Of a stretch of 64,000 nt of DNA, positions 9,208-17,262 are shown one piece after another. Position 1 is the stretch's first letter; every line of letters begins with the position of its first letter. A program made the translations under genes and the position numbers. The notes under the pieces are model-generated. The model was not told the DNA's origin, ran no database searches, and was given only the letters and a program-made list of their open reading frames with translations. Source of the stretch: Victivallales bacterium. GTDB taxonomy: Bacteria; Verrucomicrobiota; Lentisphaeria; Victivallales; GWF2-38-69. The DNA lies in contig OZ245791.1 of assembly GCA_965228125.1 (NCBI GenBank), positions 117,538 through 181,537 of the forward strand. The letters are read 5' to 3'.

Positions 9208-10971
9208 CAATCAATCCACGCTCCCCGTGTGAGGAGCGACGCTATGTGCCCGATTGCAGACAAACAAAAGCTCGTTTCAATCCACGCTCCCCGTGTGAGG
9301 AGCGACCAAACAAGAGCTAATTTGAATGTGATGTCCTTTGTTTCAATCCACGCTCCCCGTGTGAGGAGCGACTTCTAATATTAACCAGATAATAAATAAA
9401 TGTAAAGTTTCAATCCACGCTCCCCGTGTGAGGAGCGACATTGTCGGCGGTTATTTTGCTTTCTTGCTTGTAAGGTTTCAATCCACGCTCCCCGTGTGAG
9501 GAGCGACCTCCTCTTATTATCAACCTATTCGCCAAGACAGCGTTTCAATCCACGCTCCCCGTGTGAGGAGCGACAAAAGTATCTGTTCCGCCGTCTGATT
9601 GATAGTCTGTTTCAATCCACGCTCCCCGTGTGAGGAGCGACTCGCTCTATGCGCCTCTAGTGCTTCTCCCAGTTCTGTTTCAATCCACGCTCCCCGTGTG
9701 AGGAGCGACGTACTTGCCGGTGAAATATGCCTTGCTTGCTCTGTTTCAATCCACGCTCCCCGTGTGAGGAGCGACCAACTCTATCCCCCGGAGATAACAT
9801 TACTATTGGTTTCAATCCACGCTCCCCGTGTGAGGAGCGACAATCAGTAAATCAATTCCATTAGATAATAATCAAGGTTTCAATCCACGCTCCCCGTGTG
9901 AGGAGCGACTAAATCTGGTTATTTAACTTTGGTAAAATCAAAGTTTCAATCCACGCTCCCCGTGTGAGGAGCGACAGATACTGTCAGACAACAGGATATT
10001 TCACAAGTGTTTCAATCCACGCTCCCCGTGTGAGGAGCGACAAAATTTCATCATCAGTATGAATCGGATAACAAGTTTCAATCCACGCTCCCCGTGTGAG
10101 GAGCGACGGAACAGGTCATGATTTATTGTATAAATATGTAGTTTCAATCCACGCTCCCCGTGTGAGGAGCGACTTGCGGAGCTAGCGGTAAAGTCACAGT
10201 AATTGATGTTTCAATCCACGCTCCCCGTGTGAGGAGCGACATACTGTTTCTGATACAGCCTTAATATCAACAGGTTTCAATCCACGCTCCCCGTGTGAGG
10301 AGCGACAAAATATCTCTCTGGAACTGATACCAAAGTAAAGGTTTCAATCCACGCTCCCCGTGTGAGGAGCGACCATACACACATTAAAGAAGCAACAGCA
10401 CCAATTGTTTCAATCCACGCTCCCCGTGTGAGGAGCGACTAAGCAGGTTATTTCAAAGATTGAGGATTAACAGTTTCAATCCACGCTCCCCGTGTGAGGA
10501 GCGACATGTTTCAAGCTAAGAGATATCTAGATGAATACGTTTCAATCCACGCTCCCCGTGTGAGGAGCGACTTCCGTAAGCGGTTGTTAAAGTTCCTGTA
10601 ACTCCGTTTCAATCCACGCTCCCCGTGTGAGGAGCGACATTACAACTTAAAGATTATCCCCTATTATCTTGTTTCAATCCACGCTCCCCGTGTGAGGAGC
10701 GACGGACGGCAACACTGTACTAGTTCACAACTACAACGTTTCAATCCACGCTCCCCGTGTGAGGAGCGACTCATATTCGCAGACCAAGGAGGCAAAATGA
10801 GCGAGTTTCAATCCACGCTCCCCGTGTGAGGAGCGACTTGCGCTGGTATTATTGATGGAAATAAACTCAAAGTTTCAATCCACGCTCCCCGTGTGAGGAG
10901 CGACATCTTTTTTGTTTTGTGAATAAAATTCAATTTTTGTTTCAATCCACGCTCCCCGTGTGAGGAGCGAC
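9208..10971 (-). CRISPR. CRISPR array, type I-C repeat, 27 repeats and 26 spacers
   Basis: 33-nt repeat, GTCGCTCCTCACACGGGGAGCGTGGATTGAAAC on the reverse strand: stem CGCTCC/GGAGCG and the I-C-typical ATTGAAAC 3' end. Spacers are 32-35 nt. The copy at 9208-9240, farthest from cas2, is degenerate at its end. Confidence 0.97.
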
Positions 10972-11157
10972 TATCGAATTATAAGTCATTCAATATCATA
11001 TGACAAGAAGTCAGTTTCTGCGAATCTCAAATTTTCAAAGAACATTGATATATATTATTGCAACAAGTGAATCTGCAATTTCTTATAAGGAAGATTGTTA
11101 CATAAAATGCGAACCAATTAGGCTGATTGTATGATAGGCCAAGGTTCGCAAAAGATT
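10972..11157 (-). promoter_or_regulatory. CRISPR leader
   Basis: AT-rich 186 bp between the cas2 stop and the first intact repeat. Orientation follows from repeat polarity and the degenerate distal repeat. Confidence 0.6.
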
Positions 11158-11448
11158 TTAAACCATTAAAAAGCCTTCTAAGTCAACTGATGGTTTAGCG
11201 CCAATATGTTCAACTTTACCTTTCCAATTGTTGCCTAAGAAATAGAAACGCAGACTGTCTTGTTTGTCATCAATTTCGTCCAGAAGTTTTTTCTTCATAA
11301 GGACGAACTGCGCATTATCGACCAAGCATTCAAAAACTGAGTTTTGAACTCTTTGTCCATGGTTCAAACACACTTTGGAAACTCTTCTAAGTCTCTTTTG
11401 TCCACCTTCGGAAGACGTAGAAACATCATAACTAACCAATACAAGCAT
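11158..11448 (-). CDS. cas2: CRISPR-associated endoribonuclease Cas2
   Basis: MLVLVSYDVSTSSEGGQKRLRRVSK... The ATG at 11448 is preceded by GGAGG and lies 4 nt after the cas1 stop. The longer track ORF overlaps cas1. Confidence 0.9.
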   Translation of the reverse strand: MLVLVSYDVSTSSEGGQKRLRRVSKVCLNHGQRVQNSVFECLVDNAQFVLMKKKLLDEIDDKQDSLRFYFLGNNWKGKVEHIGAKPSVDLEGFLMV

Positions 11449-11452
11449 ATTA

Positions 11453-12475
11453 TTACCTCCAGATAAAGGGCGGATAAGAATCAAGATCACCTCTTATAAA
11501 TCTAGCCATAAGAAGGGATTGAATATAAGGAATCATTCCGATATTTACCTTTTCCTGAATAAATGGGTGTAGAAGTTCATCTTTTTTCCGCTCTTGATAC
11601 GCTATTAGCACTGCTTTCCTAGTTTCATCATTCATAATAACAGCACCGCTTTCAGTTTTCCTAAATCCTTTGGCATCAATTTTCTGAAGGTTAATCAAAG
11701 ATAGGACTATCCTGTCAGCAAAAAATGGCCTGAGTTCTTCCATGATATCCAAAGCCAAACTGGCCCGGCCCGGTCTATCGCGATGAAGAAAACCTACGGC
11801 AGGATCAAGCCCTACAGTCTCGAGCGCAGATTCTACATCATGAGCAAGAATAGTGTAAACGAAAGAGAGCAGAGCATTTACATTGTCCATTGGTGGCCTC
11901 TTATTCCTGCCTTCAAAAACAAAGTCATCTTTTTGTGCCCTGATGAGTTTATTAAAAACTGAAAAATAGAGTTTAGCTGAATCTCCTTCCAGTCCCCTTA
12001 GTTCATCCAGATTTTTAGCTGAATTGAGCAGGGAAATCTGATTATTCAATCTGCCTGTCACATAATCTATTTCATCATCCTGTCCATAATCGCGGACAAA
12101 CCTGTTCAAAACAATTCTGCAATTTGAAAATTTTCCCGTCAGCATATTTCTTGCTATCTCAAGGGATTTTTGTTCATCATCGGACATTCTATATTGGGCT
12201 TTTCTCAGAAGCACATTGCCTGAAACAGCCCCTTTGATTCTGGCTAGAAATTTACCGCCTTCAGTCAGGAAGGAAACTCCAACATCTTTTTCAGCGCAGA
12301 ATCCCATAAGAAAAGGTGAAATCATAACATTTCCAAAGCAGACTATTCCCGACAGAGTATGAATAGGCGTTCTGAGTTTTTCCACTCTATCTACAGATAC
12401 TACCACGCACTCGCCGTCTTTTGACAAATAAGAACCTTGAGTAGAGATATACAAAGTATTTAATAGCTTCTTCAT
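11453..12475 (-). CDS. cas1: CRISPR-associated endonuclease Cas1 (type I-C)
   Basis: 340 aa. Conserved GLDPAVGFLHRDRPGRASLALDIMEELRP block. Position is cas4-cas1-cas2. Confidence 0.95.
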   Translation of the reverse strand: MKKLLNTLYISTQGSYLSKDGECVVVSVDRVEKLRTPIHTLSGIVCFGNVMISPFLMGFCAEKDVGVSFLTEGGKFLARIKGAVSGNVLLRKAQYRMSDDEQKSLEIARNMLTGKFSNCRIVLNRFVRDYGQDDEIDYVTGRLNNQISLLNSAKNLDELRGLEGDSAKLYFSVFNKLIRAQKDDFVFEGRNKRPPMDNVNALLSFVYTILAHDVESALETVGLDPAVGFLHRDRPGRASLALDIMEELRPFFADRIVLSLINLQKIDAKGFRKTESGAVIMNDETRKAVLIAYQERKKDELLHPFIQEKVNIGMIPYIQSLLMARFIRGDLDSYPPFIWR

Positions 12476-13134
12476 GATGATATCTCCTTGAGATAGTTAG
12501 ATACATTGGTTCTTAATGCTTTTGGCAGGCAAACTTCGATAAAGGAACAATTGGCACAACGACTTTTATCATAATCAGCGATAGGTGTATTTCCGATGTC
12601 AAGAAAGGCATGGACTTCAAAAATGACCTTGGCAGTTAATTCTCTTAGTTCAGGACTGAATGAAATATCATGCCTATGGCGGGTCTTTCCATAGTATAAG
12701 GCACCATTTTTAATGGTTACTCCAAGCATTTCCTCTAGGCAGAAAACCTGAGCGCAAAGCTGAACTTCATCGCATCTGTTTTCCTTGGGTTTGCCAAGTT
12801 TGTATTCGACTGGAAACGGAATCCACTTTTTCGAAGAGTCCTTACGGAATTCTACGACATCAGCTTTTCCTGAAAGGCCGTATTTTAGAGATCTGATTAG
12901 AAGGCCGCGTTCGGTTTTTACATCATTGCCTTGATTCCTGACTTTTTGTTCATCGGCTCTTTCATGAAAAAATTCCCCTTCGAGAGTGAACCTGTTTTCT
13001 ACCCATATCTGCTCTATATGGATGAGAGCGCACTGTCTTTTGCAGAAAAGATAATGTTGAATGGCAGAGAGCTGTATGAGGTCGTCTTCGGAAAACAAAG
13101 AATATGTCATATTAGTCATATATGACCTATTCAC
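12472..13134 (-). CDS. cas4: CRISPR-associated exonuclease Cas4
   Basis: RecB-like nuclease with Fe-S cysteines (FCKRQCALIH ... CANCSFIEVC). The track start is GTG 13134. ATG 13119 or 13110 is more likely (MTNMTYSLFSEDDLIQLSAIQH). Confidence 0.9.
   Translation of the reverse strand: MNRSYMTNMTYSLFSEDDLIQLSAIQHYLFCKRQCALIHIEQIWVENRFTLEGEFFHERADEQKVRNQGNDVKTERGLLIRSLKYGLSGKADVVEFRKDSSKKWIPFPVEYKLGKPKENRCDEVQLCAQVFCLEEMLGVTIKNGALYYGKTRHRHDISFSPELRELTAKVIFEVHAFLDIGNTPIADYDKSRCANCSFIEVCLPKALRTNVSNYLKEISS
13115..13131. repeat. 17-bp motif copy 1 (GTCATATATGACCTATT), contains perfect palindrome GTCATATATGAC
   Basis: Sits at the four-helix-bundle stop / cas4 start junction. The cas4 ATG 13119 lies inside the palindrome. 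Confidence 0.8.
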
Positions 13135-13684
13135 CCTTTCTTCTACTCATTCTTGCCTTGAAGAGTCGCTCGGAAAACCCGCCCTTTTGTAAGAAATCCT
13201 GCTCAAGAGCTCTTATCTGCCTATCTAGAAGATAATTTGCCTGGTGAATCAGGCAAATAAGCACATTGGCTGGTATTTCAGGGTTCGGGGATTCGATGTA
13301 GGACTTATAAGTCTCATATGACCTATTATCAAGATAAGCCAGCTTTCTGCTCTTCTGAGCTTCAGTGTGTTCTTTGTTCCATAGGATATGTCCTTTCTGT
13401 CTCAGGAAATCCTGATAATCAAGCAGTAGTTCCTCAAGGCTAGCCCTGGCTACTCCGATTAACTTGAGTTCGGTCTCCTTGGATATGCCGGAAGCCATGC
13501 AACCCTCGGCAATGTTTTGTTTGCCGCTTCGCGCCGCCTGAACCATCTGGTCATTAGTTCGTGAACGGCGGTCTATAAAACGTTCGCAGAAAACTACCGT
13601 AGCATCATAAATAATTTCGGATGTTTGATATGATTTTAAATCCCTGTAACCACCATGCGGAATTATCGGCTTCGGCAAATCCAT
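13127..13684 (-). CDS. four-helix-bundle protein (23S rRNA intervening-sequence protein family) with C-terminal extension
   Basis: 185 aa. Core QAARSGKQNIAEGCMASGISKETELKLIGVARASLEELLLDYQDFL matches the NIAEG ... A.GSL.E signature I associate with TIGR02436/PF05635. Inserted between cas7 and cas4. Confidence 0.75.
   Translation of the reverse strand: MDLPKPIIPHGGYRDLKSYQTSEIIYDATVVFCERFIDRRSRTNDQMVQAARSGKQNIAEGCMASGISKETELKLIGVARASLEELLLDYQDFLRQKGHILWNKEHTEAQKSRKLAYLDNRSYETYKSYIESPNPEIPANVLICLIHQANYLLDRQIRALEQDFLQKGGFSERLFKARMSRRKGE
13322..13338. repeat. 17-bp motif copy 2 (GTCTCATATGACCTATT)
   Basis: Inside the four-helix-bundle gene, same orientation as copies 1 and 3. Confidence 0.7.
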
Positions 13685-13713
13685 ATTATCCTCTCTAAAA
13701 ATGAGCCTTATTT

Positions 13714-13730
13714 GTCTTATATGACTTATG
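13714..13730. repeat. 17-bp motif copy 3 (GTCTTATATGACTTATG)
   Basis: Lies in the 54-nt spacer between the cas7 stop and the four-helix-bundle start. Confidence 0.7.
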
Positions 13731-13738
13731 TTGGCTGT

Positions 13739-14839
13739 TTATAGCTTTTCTTCAATAGTCACCCCGGAAGGAAGATTGCTGCGGTCAATCTTTACTTCAT
13801 AGTCAGCAAAAGCTCTCGCCGGATTCTCTTTACTTTCAAGCTTTCTTTCAATCTTGACACGCTCAAATAGCTGATGAGCGGGAGCATTCCCAAGCTCTGA
13901 ATCATGCTTGAAAACTATGAGTTTTCTTGTGGACATCAAACCTCTGGCAGCAGAACGGTCATGCTCAAACATTTCGGAAAGTGATTTCCAGAACAACTGA
14001 AGGTCTTCTTCTGAAAATCCTGTTTGATTTGCAAGATTTGCCGACACAAAGCCATGAGCCACATAAACTCCGTAAGGTATAGTATTTTTGCGTCCCATTG
14101 TGCGATTATCGCCACTCTGTTTTTCTGCTTCAGCTTGAGTCGCAACGGCCATTCTGGTAATAGAATGTTCAAGAGTAACAACTGGCTCAACTGACCTTCC
14201 AAAAGTCATTTGCACAGGGCCTCTGACCTGACCACAATTTGGGGCTGACTTCAGAGAAAGAACTGCCCCAAAAGTTCTAATGTCGTAAAAATCTTTACAC
14301 ATCTGTTCCCGACCTTTTTCAGTTTCTTCTGCTGTGGGTTTTCTTGCTTTTGCATCCTTTAAAGCGGCTTTAATGAGTGCTGAGATTTCCTTTTGTGGTT
14401 TTTCTTCTTTAATCCAAGCATTAATGGCTTTCTTATCAGCATCAGCAGCAACAATGAGTACTCCATCTTTTCCTTCTTCTTCAAATTCAACAGTAAGCCC
14501 TTCTGGTAAAGAAAGGTTCTCTATAGTTTCAGCTAACTCAACCGGAACTGACTTCTTTGATTCTTCGCCTGTACTAATCTTTAGTTTCTTAAATGTTGCA
14601 AAATGCGCGTCTCCAAGGACAGCCTTTTCCTTGATATAGATGTCATAAGGAGAATTAAATTTTTTAGCCAATTGAACATAGTTTCTTACTTTTCTTTTTA
14701 GGCAGACATCAGTGACAAGCCCTCTGCCTGTTTCAGGGTCAATTCTCGGCAGATTTCCGGCATCAGGGTCTCCATTGGGATTTCCGTCCTGGACATCGAA
14801 TACAAGTACAAAGTCATAGCGGTTTTTAAGTTCTGACAT
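13739..14839 (-). CDS. cas7: type I-C Cas7 (Csd2)
   Basis: RYDFVLVFDVQDGNPNGDPDAGNLPRIDPETGRGLVTDVCLKRKVRNYV, FYDIRTFGAVLS, CGQVRGPVQ, MFEHDRSAARG. At 366 aa it is longer than I expect for this family. Confidence 0.95.
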   Translation of the reverse strand: MSELKNRYDFVLVFDVQDGNPNGDPDAGNLPRIDPETGRGLVTDVCLKRKVRNYVQLAKKFNSPYDIYIKEKAVLGDAHFATFKKLKISTGEESKKSVPVELAETIENLSLPEGLTVEFEEEGKDGVLIVAADADKKAINAWIKEEKPQKEISALIKAALKDAKARKPTAEETEKGREQMCKDFYDIRTFGAVLSLKSAPNCGQVRGPVQMTFGRSVEPVVTLEHSITRMAVATQAEAEKQSGDNRTMGRKNTIPYGVYVAHGFVSANLANQTGFSEEDLQLFWKSLSEMFEHDRSAARGLMSTRKLIVFKHDSELGNAPAHQLFERVKIERKLESKENPARAFADYEVKIDRSNLPSGVTIEEKL

Positions 14840-14861
14840 TTTTTATCTCCTAATTGTTAGT

Positions 14862-15224
14862 TTATTTCTTTGTGAAAAAATCATTTCTCTGGTGATAATA
14901 ACCTATGGCAAATTTTCCCTGATCAGCGATAGCGAGAGTAGCCGGGAATCCTGTATTGCCATCAATTCCGGCGCTGGCTATTTCACCAATCAATCTTTCG
15001 AAGTTAATTCGTCTTCCTGCATTTTCGAGTTTTGCAAGGTGATGGTTCTTCAAGCGCATTAGATTAGGAAAGACTGTAACAGGCGTTCCTGATGCCGCGC
15101 CATAAAAGCGATCGCGAATCGTTGCATTAATTCCCGGACTTGCTTCTTCCTGGATTTTTTCCAGAGTTGCAAACAACCTTCCGAGCCGATATCCGATATT
15201 AGTGTTTGTCGGGTCGAGACTCAT
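14862..15224 (-). CDS. cas11c: candidate Cas11c small subunit from an in-frame internal start within cas8c
   Basis: In-frame ATG at 15224-15222 preceded by AAAGGAGGAACTCAAG (GGAGG 8 nt upstream). Would give a 120-aa product MSLDPTNTNIGYRLGRLFATLEKIQEE... Confidence 0.5.
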   Translation of the reverse strand: MSLDPTNTNIGYRLGRLFATLEKIQEEASPGINATIRDRFYGAASGTPVTVFPNLMRLKNHHLAKLENAGRRINFERLIGEIASAGIDGNTGFPATLAIADQGKFAIGYYHQRNDFFTKK

Positions 15225-16610
15225 CTTGAGTTCCTCCTTTATATTTTGATTATAAAAACGAATTTTTCGATTAATACATGCTTTTATAAAAGCGGCTCTA
15301 GGATAAGAGATATTCTGCTCTGCACGATTCCTGCGAACAAGTGCTTGCAGTAAGGTTTCAGGATATGGCAAGCCTTCCAGAATTGAACGCATAGTATCAC
15401 CTGCAAGATTAGGAGGAATATTTTCAGACTTCTCTTGAACGGCAGTAGATTTAAGCAATCTATGAAGTGAGAGAAATCCACTTTCTTTTGGTCCATGTGC
15501 AATTCTAATATCTTCAAAATATTGAGCAATTTTTTCTGACATTCCGGCAACGGTATCTACGATCCAGAAACGAATAGAAATACGAGCCGCATTTGGGGCA
15601 AGTCCTAGCACATAAAACTTATTGGTATTTTCAGGGACGGAAAAAGCTCCGTTTTGAATAGAACTAAATAGACTTTGGACAGCTTTAATCCCTCTATCTG
15701 GATCATCTTTATGAGGTTCGTTAAAAAAATCAAAAAAATCATTTTCCAAACCAGATTCTTTGGCAGACCAGAATACGGTTACTGCATCTCCAACTAACAT
15801 TCTTGATCGTTCTGATCGGAGCAAAGTATTTAATCCAGTCGTATATGCAAACTCAGAAGATTTGCTAACTGGAGCATTATATCCTTGCTCTTTACCATAC
15901 GAATCATACCCAGAATTCTTTTGAAAACTAATAAGGCTTTTGGTATCTTTATTTATGGGCGTTCTTGCGTGAGTCCTGGCAATTTCTCCAAATTCTCCAC
16001 TCACAAGACAGCGACCAAATACTTGTACTTCTTTGTCTGATGAAGGCTCTGCAATTCCTGGAGTTGCTGCTATAGAGGCACGAACACACTTTTGTACAAC
16101 AGGATGACAGGGAACAGGGAAAGATGCTCCAGAGATACGAAAAGTCATATTGCATGAATTAAGTTTAGCGCACTCTTGCCATAATGCAGAGTCTTTGACT
16201 TGTTTCACTCCATTAGCCTTATAGAATTTGATGATTGCAGATACTCCTTCGTTATCCTTCAGCTCCAGAGGTAACGCATCAAGAGAGTCCAACCATGTTT
16301 TATGTTGTTTTGGAGCTTTTTCGTCAGACTCAGGGTGATTAAGTAAGTATCCAAAATGATCCCATAATAAAAAAGTTGTTTCGTAACTTTTTCCTCCTGA
16401 GCGTGATTTAGATCTTGGAACAAGATATTGCTTGCCTACAAGTTTTTTGCCTATTTTTTCTCTTGTATCTTCAAGTGAAACCAACTTTCCATCTTTATCT
16501 ATAACAATAATAAAAGGAAACTCTTTTTTCTCGAATCCTTCAGGAGCAATATCGCTTGATGGATCAGAAGCTTTTCTGTCGTAATATTCTTTTAGAGCTT
16601 GGAGAATCAT
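14862..16610 (-). CDS. cas8c: type I-C Cas8c (Csd1) large subunit
   Basis: Starts MILQALKEYYDRK. 582 aa. Located between cas5 and cas7. Confidence 0.9.
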   Translation of the reverse strand: MILQALKEYYDRKASDPSSDIAPEGFEKKEFPFIIVIDKDGKLVSLEDTREKIGKKLVGKQYLVPRSKSRSGGKSYETTFLLWDHFGYLLNHPESDEKAPKQHKTWLDSLDALPLELKDNEGVSAIIKFYKANGVKQVKDSALWQECAKLNSCNMTFRISGASFPVPCHPVVQKCVRASIAATPGIAEPSSDKEVQVFGRCLVSGEFGEIARTHARTPINKDTKSLISFQKNSGYDSYGKEQGYNAPVSKSSEFAYTTGLNTLLRSERSRMLVGDAVTVFWSAKESGLENDFFDFFNEPHKDDPDRGIKAVQSLFSSIQNGAFSVPENTNKFYVLGLAPNAARISIRFWIVDTVAGMSEKIAQYFEDIRIAHGPKESGFLSLHRLLKSTAVQEKSENIPPNLAGDTMRSILEGLPYPETLLQALVRRNRAEQNISYPRAAFIKACINRKIRFYNQNIKEELKMSLDPTNTNIGYRLGRLFATLEKIQEEASPGINATIRDRFYGAASGTPVTVFPNLMRLKNHHLAKLENAGRRINFERLIGEIASAGIDGNTGFPATLAIADQGKFAIGYYHQRNDFFTKK

Positions 16611-17248
16611 CCTCTTACCTCCTCGGAGTTGCGATCTGGAACAACAATAGTTCCGTTTGTCATTTGAGCTCTGAAGAAGAGTGGCTTGATATTTTTGGGA
16701 TCGAAAAAATCCATATCATAAAGCATCCAGCCAAAGTCTCTCGTTTCTGGAATTAGTGTTGAAGATTCCATCTGAGGATTAACTAATCTGAAACTGCAGG
16801 AAAACTCTCTGCATCCGAGATAAGGCTGATTGAAGCATTGTCCGTTTTTAGCTCTCCTCTCGAACATTGCCGCATATTTAGCTTCAGTTTCATCGCTCCT
16901 AGCCTCGACTGCTGGAGGAGTGAACTCAAATTCAGCAAAAATGCGATACTTTACATCACGAAGAAAAAGCCCTGCCCTCTGCTGTCTGTCTTCCTCAATG
17001 TAAATTCCATCAGAGCGAGATGAAGCGACTTTACCTACTTCATTTCTTCTCACAGATATCCATCTTATCGGAGCAAGCACTTCTATTTTCTTTACATGCC
17101 ACGAAATAGCAGGTTTCCAAAGAATAGCTTCAAATATTGCTCTTGCCGCCGATGGAGTGATGACATCATAACTTACTCTTTCAACTTTCATTTCAGGACG
17201 AGTGAAGCAGGCATATTCCCCGCTTACTTCCAAACAAAATCCTTTCAT
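16607..17248 (-). CDS. cas5: type I-C Cas5 (Cas5d, pre-crRNA processing)
   Basis: MKGFCLEVSGEYACFTRPEMKVERVSYDVITPSAARAIFEAILWKP. 213 aa. Confidence 0.9.
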   Translation of the reverse strand: MKGFCLEVSGEYACFTRPEMKVERVSYDVITPSAARAIFEAILWKPAISWHVKKIEVLAPIRWISVRRNEVGKVASSRSDGIYIEEDRQQRAGLFLRDVKYRIFAEFEFTPPAVEARSDETEAKYAAMFERRAKNGQCFNQPYLGCREFSCSFRLVNPQMESSTLIPETRDFGWMLYDMDFFDPKNIKPLFFRAQMTNGTIVVPDRNSEEVRG

Positions 17249-17262
17249 ATCTCACCTCTTTG

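Noticed and set aside
9440-9474. Spacer resembling prophage sequence at 50142-50151
   Set aside because: Only 10 contiguous nucleotides (tgtcggcggt) match, and the flanks diverge. This is not a protospacer.
9599-9850. 83-aa plus-strand ORF with repeated SIHAPRVRSD
   Set aside because: It is a translation of the CRISPR repeats; the periodic peptide is an artefact.
13127-13684. Four-helix-bundle protein as the Avd component of a diversity-generating retroelement
   Set aside because: No reverse transcriptase and no template/variable repeat pair is visible anywhere in the window.
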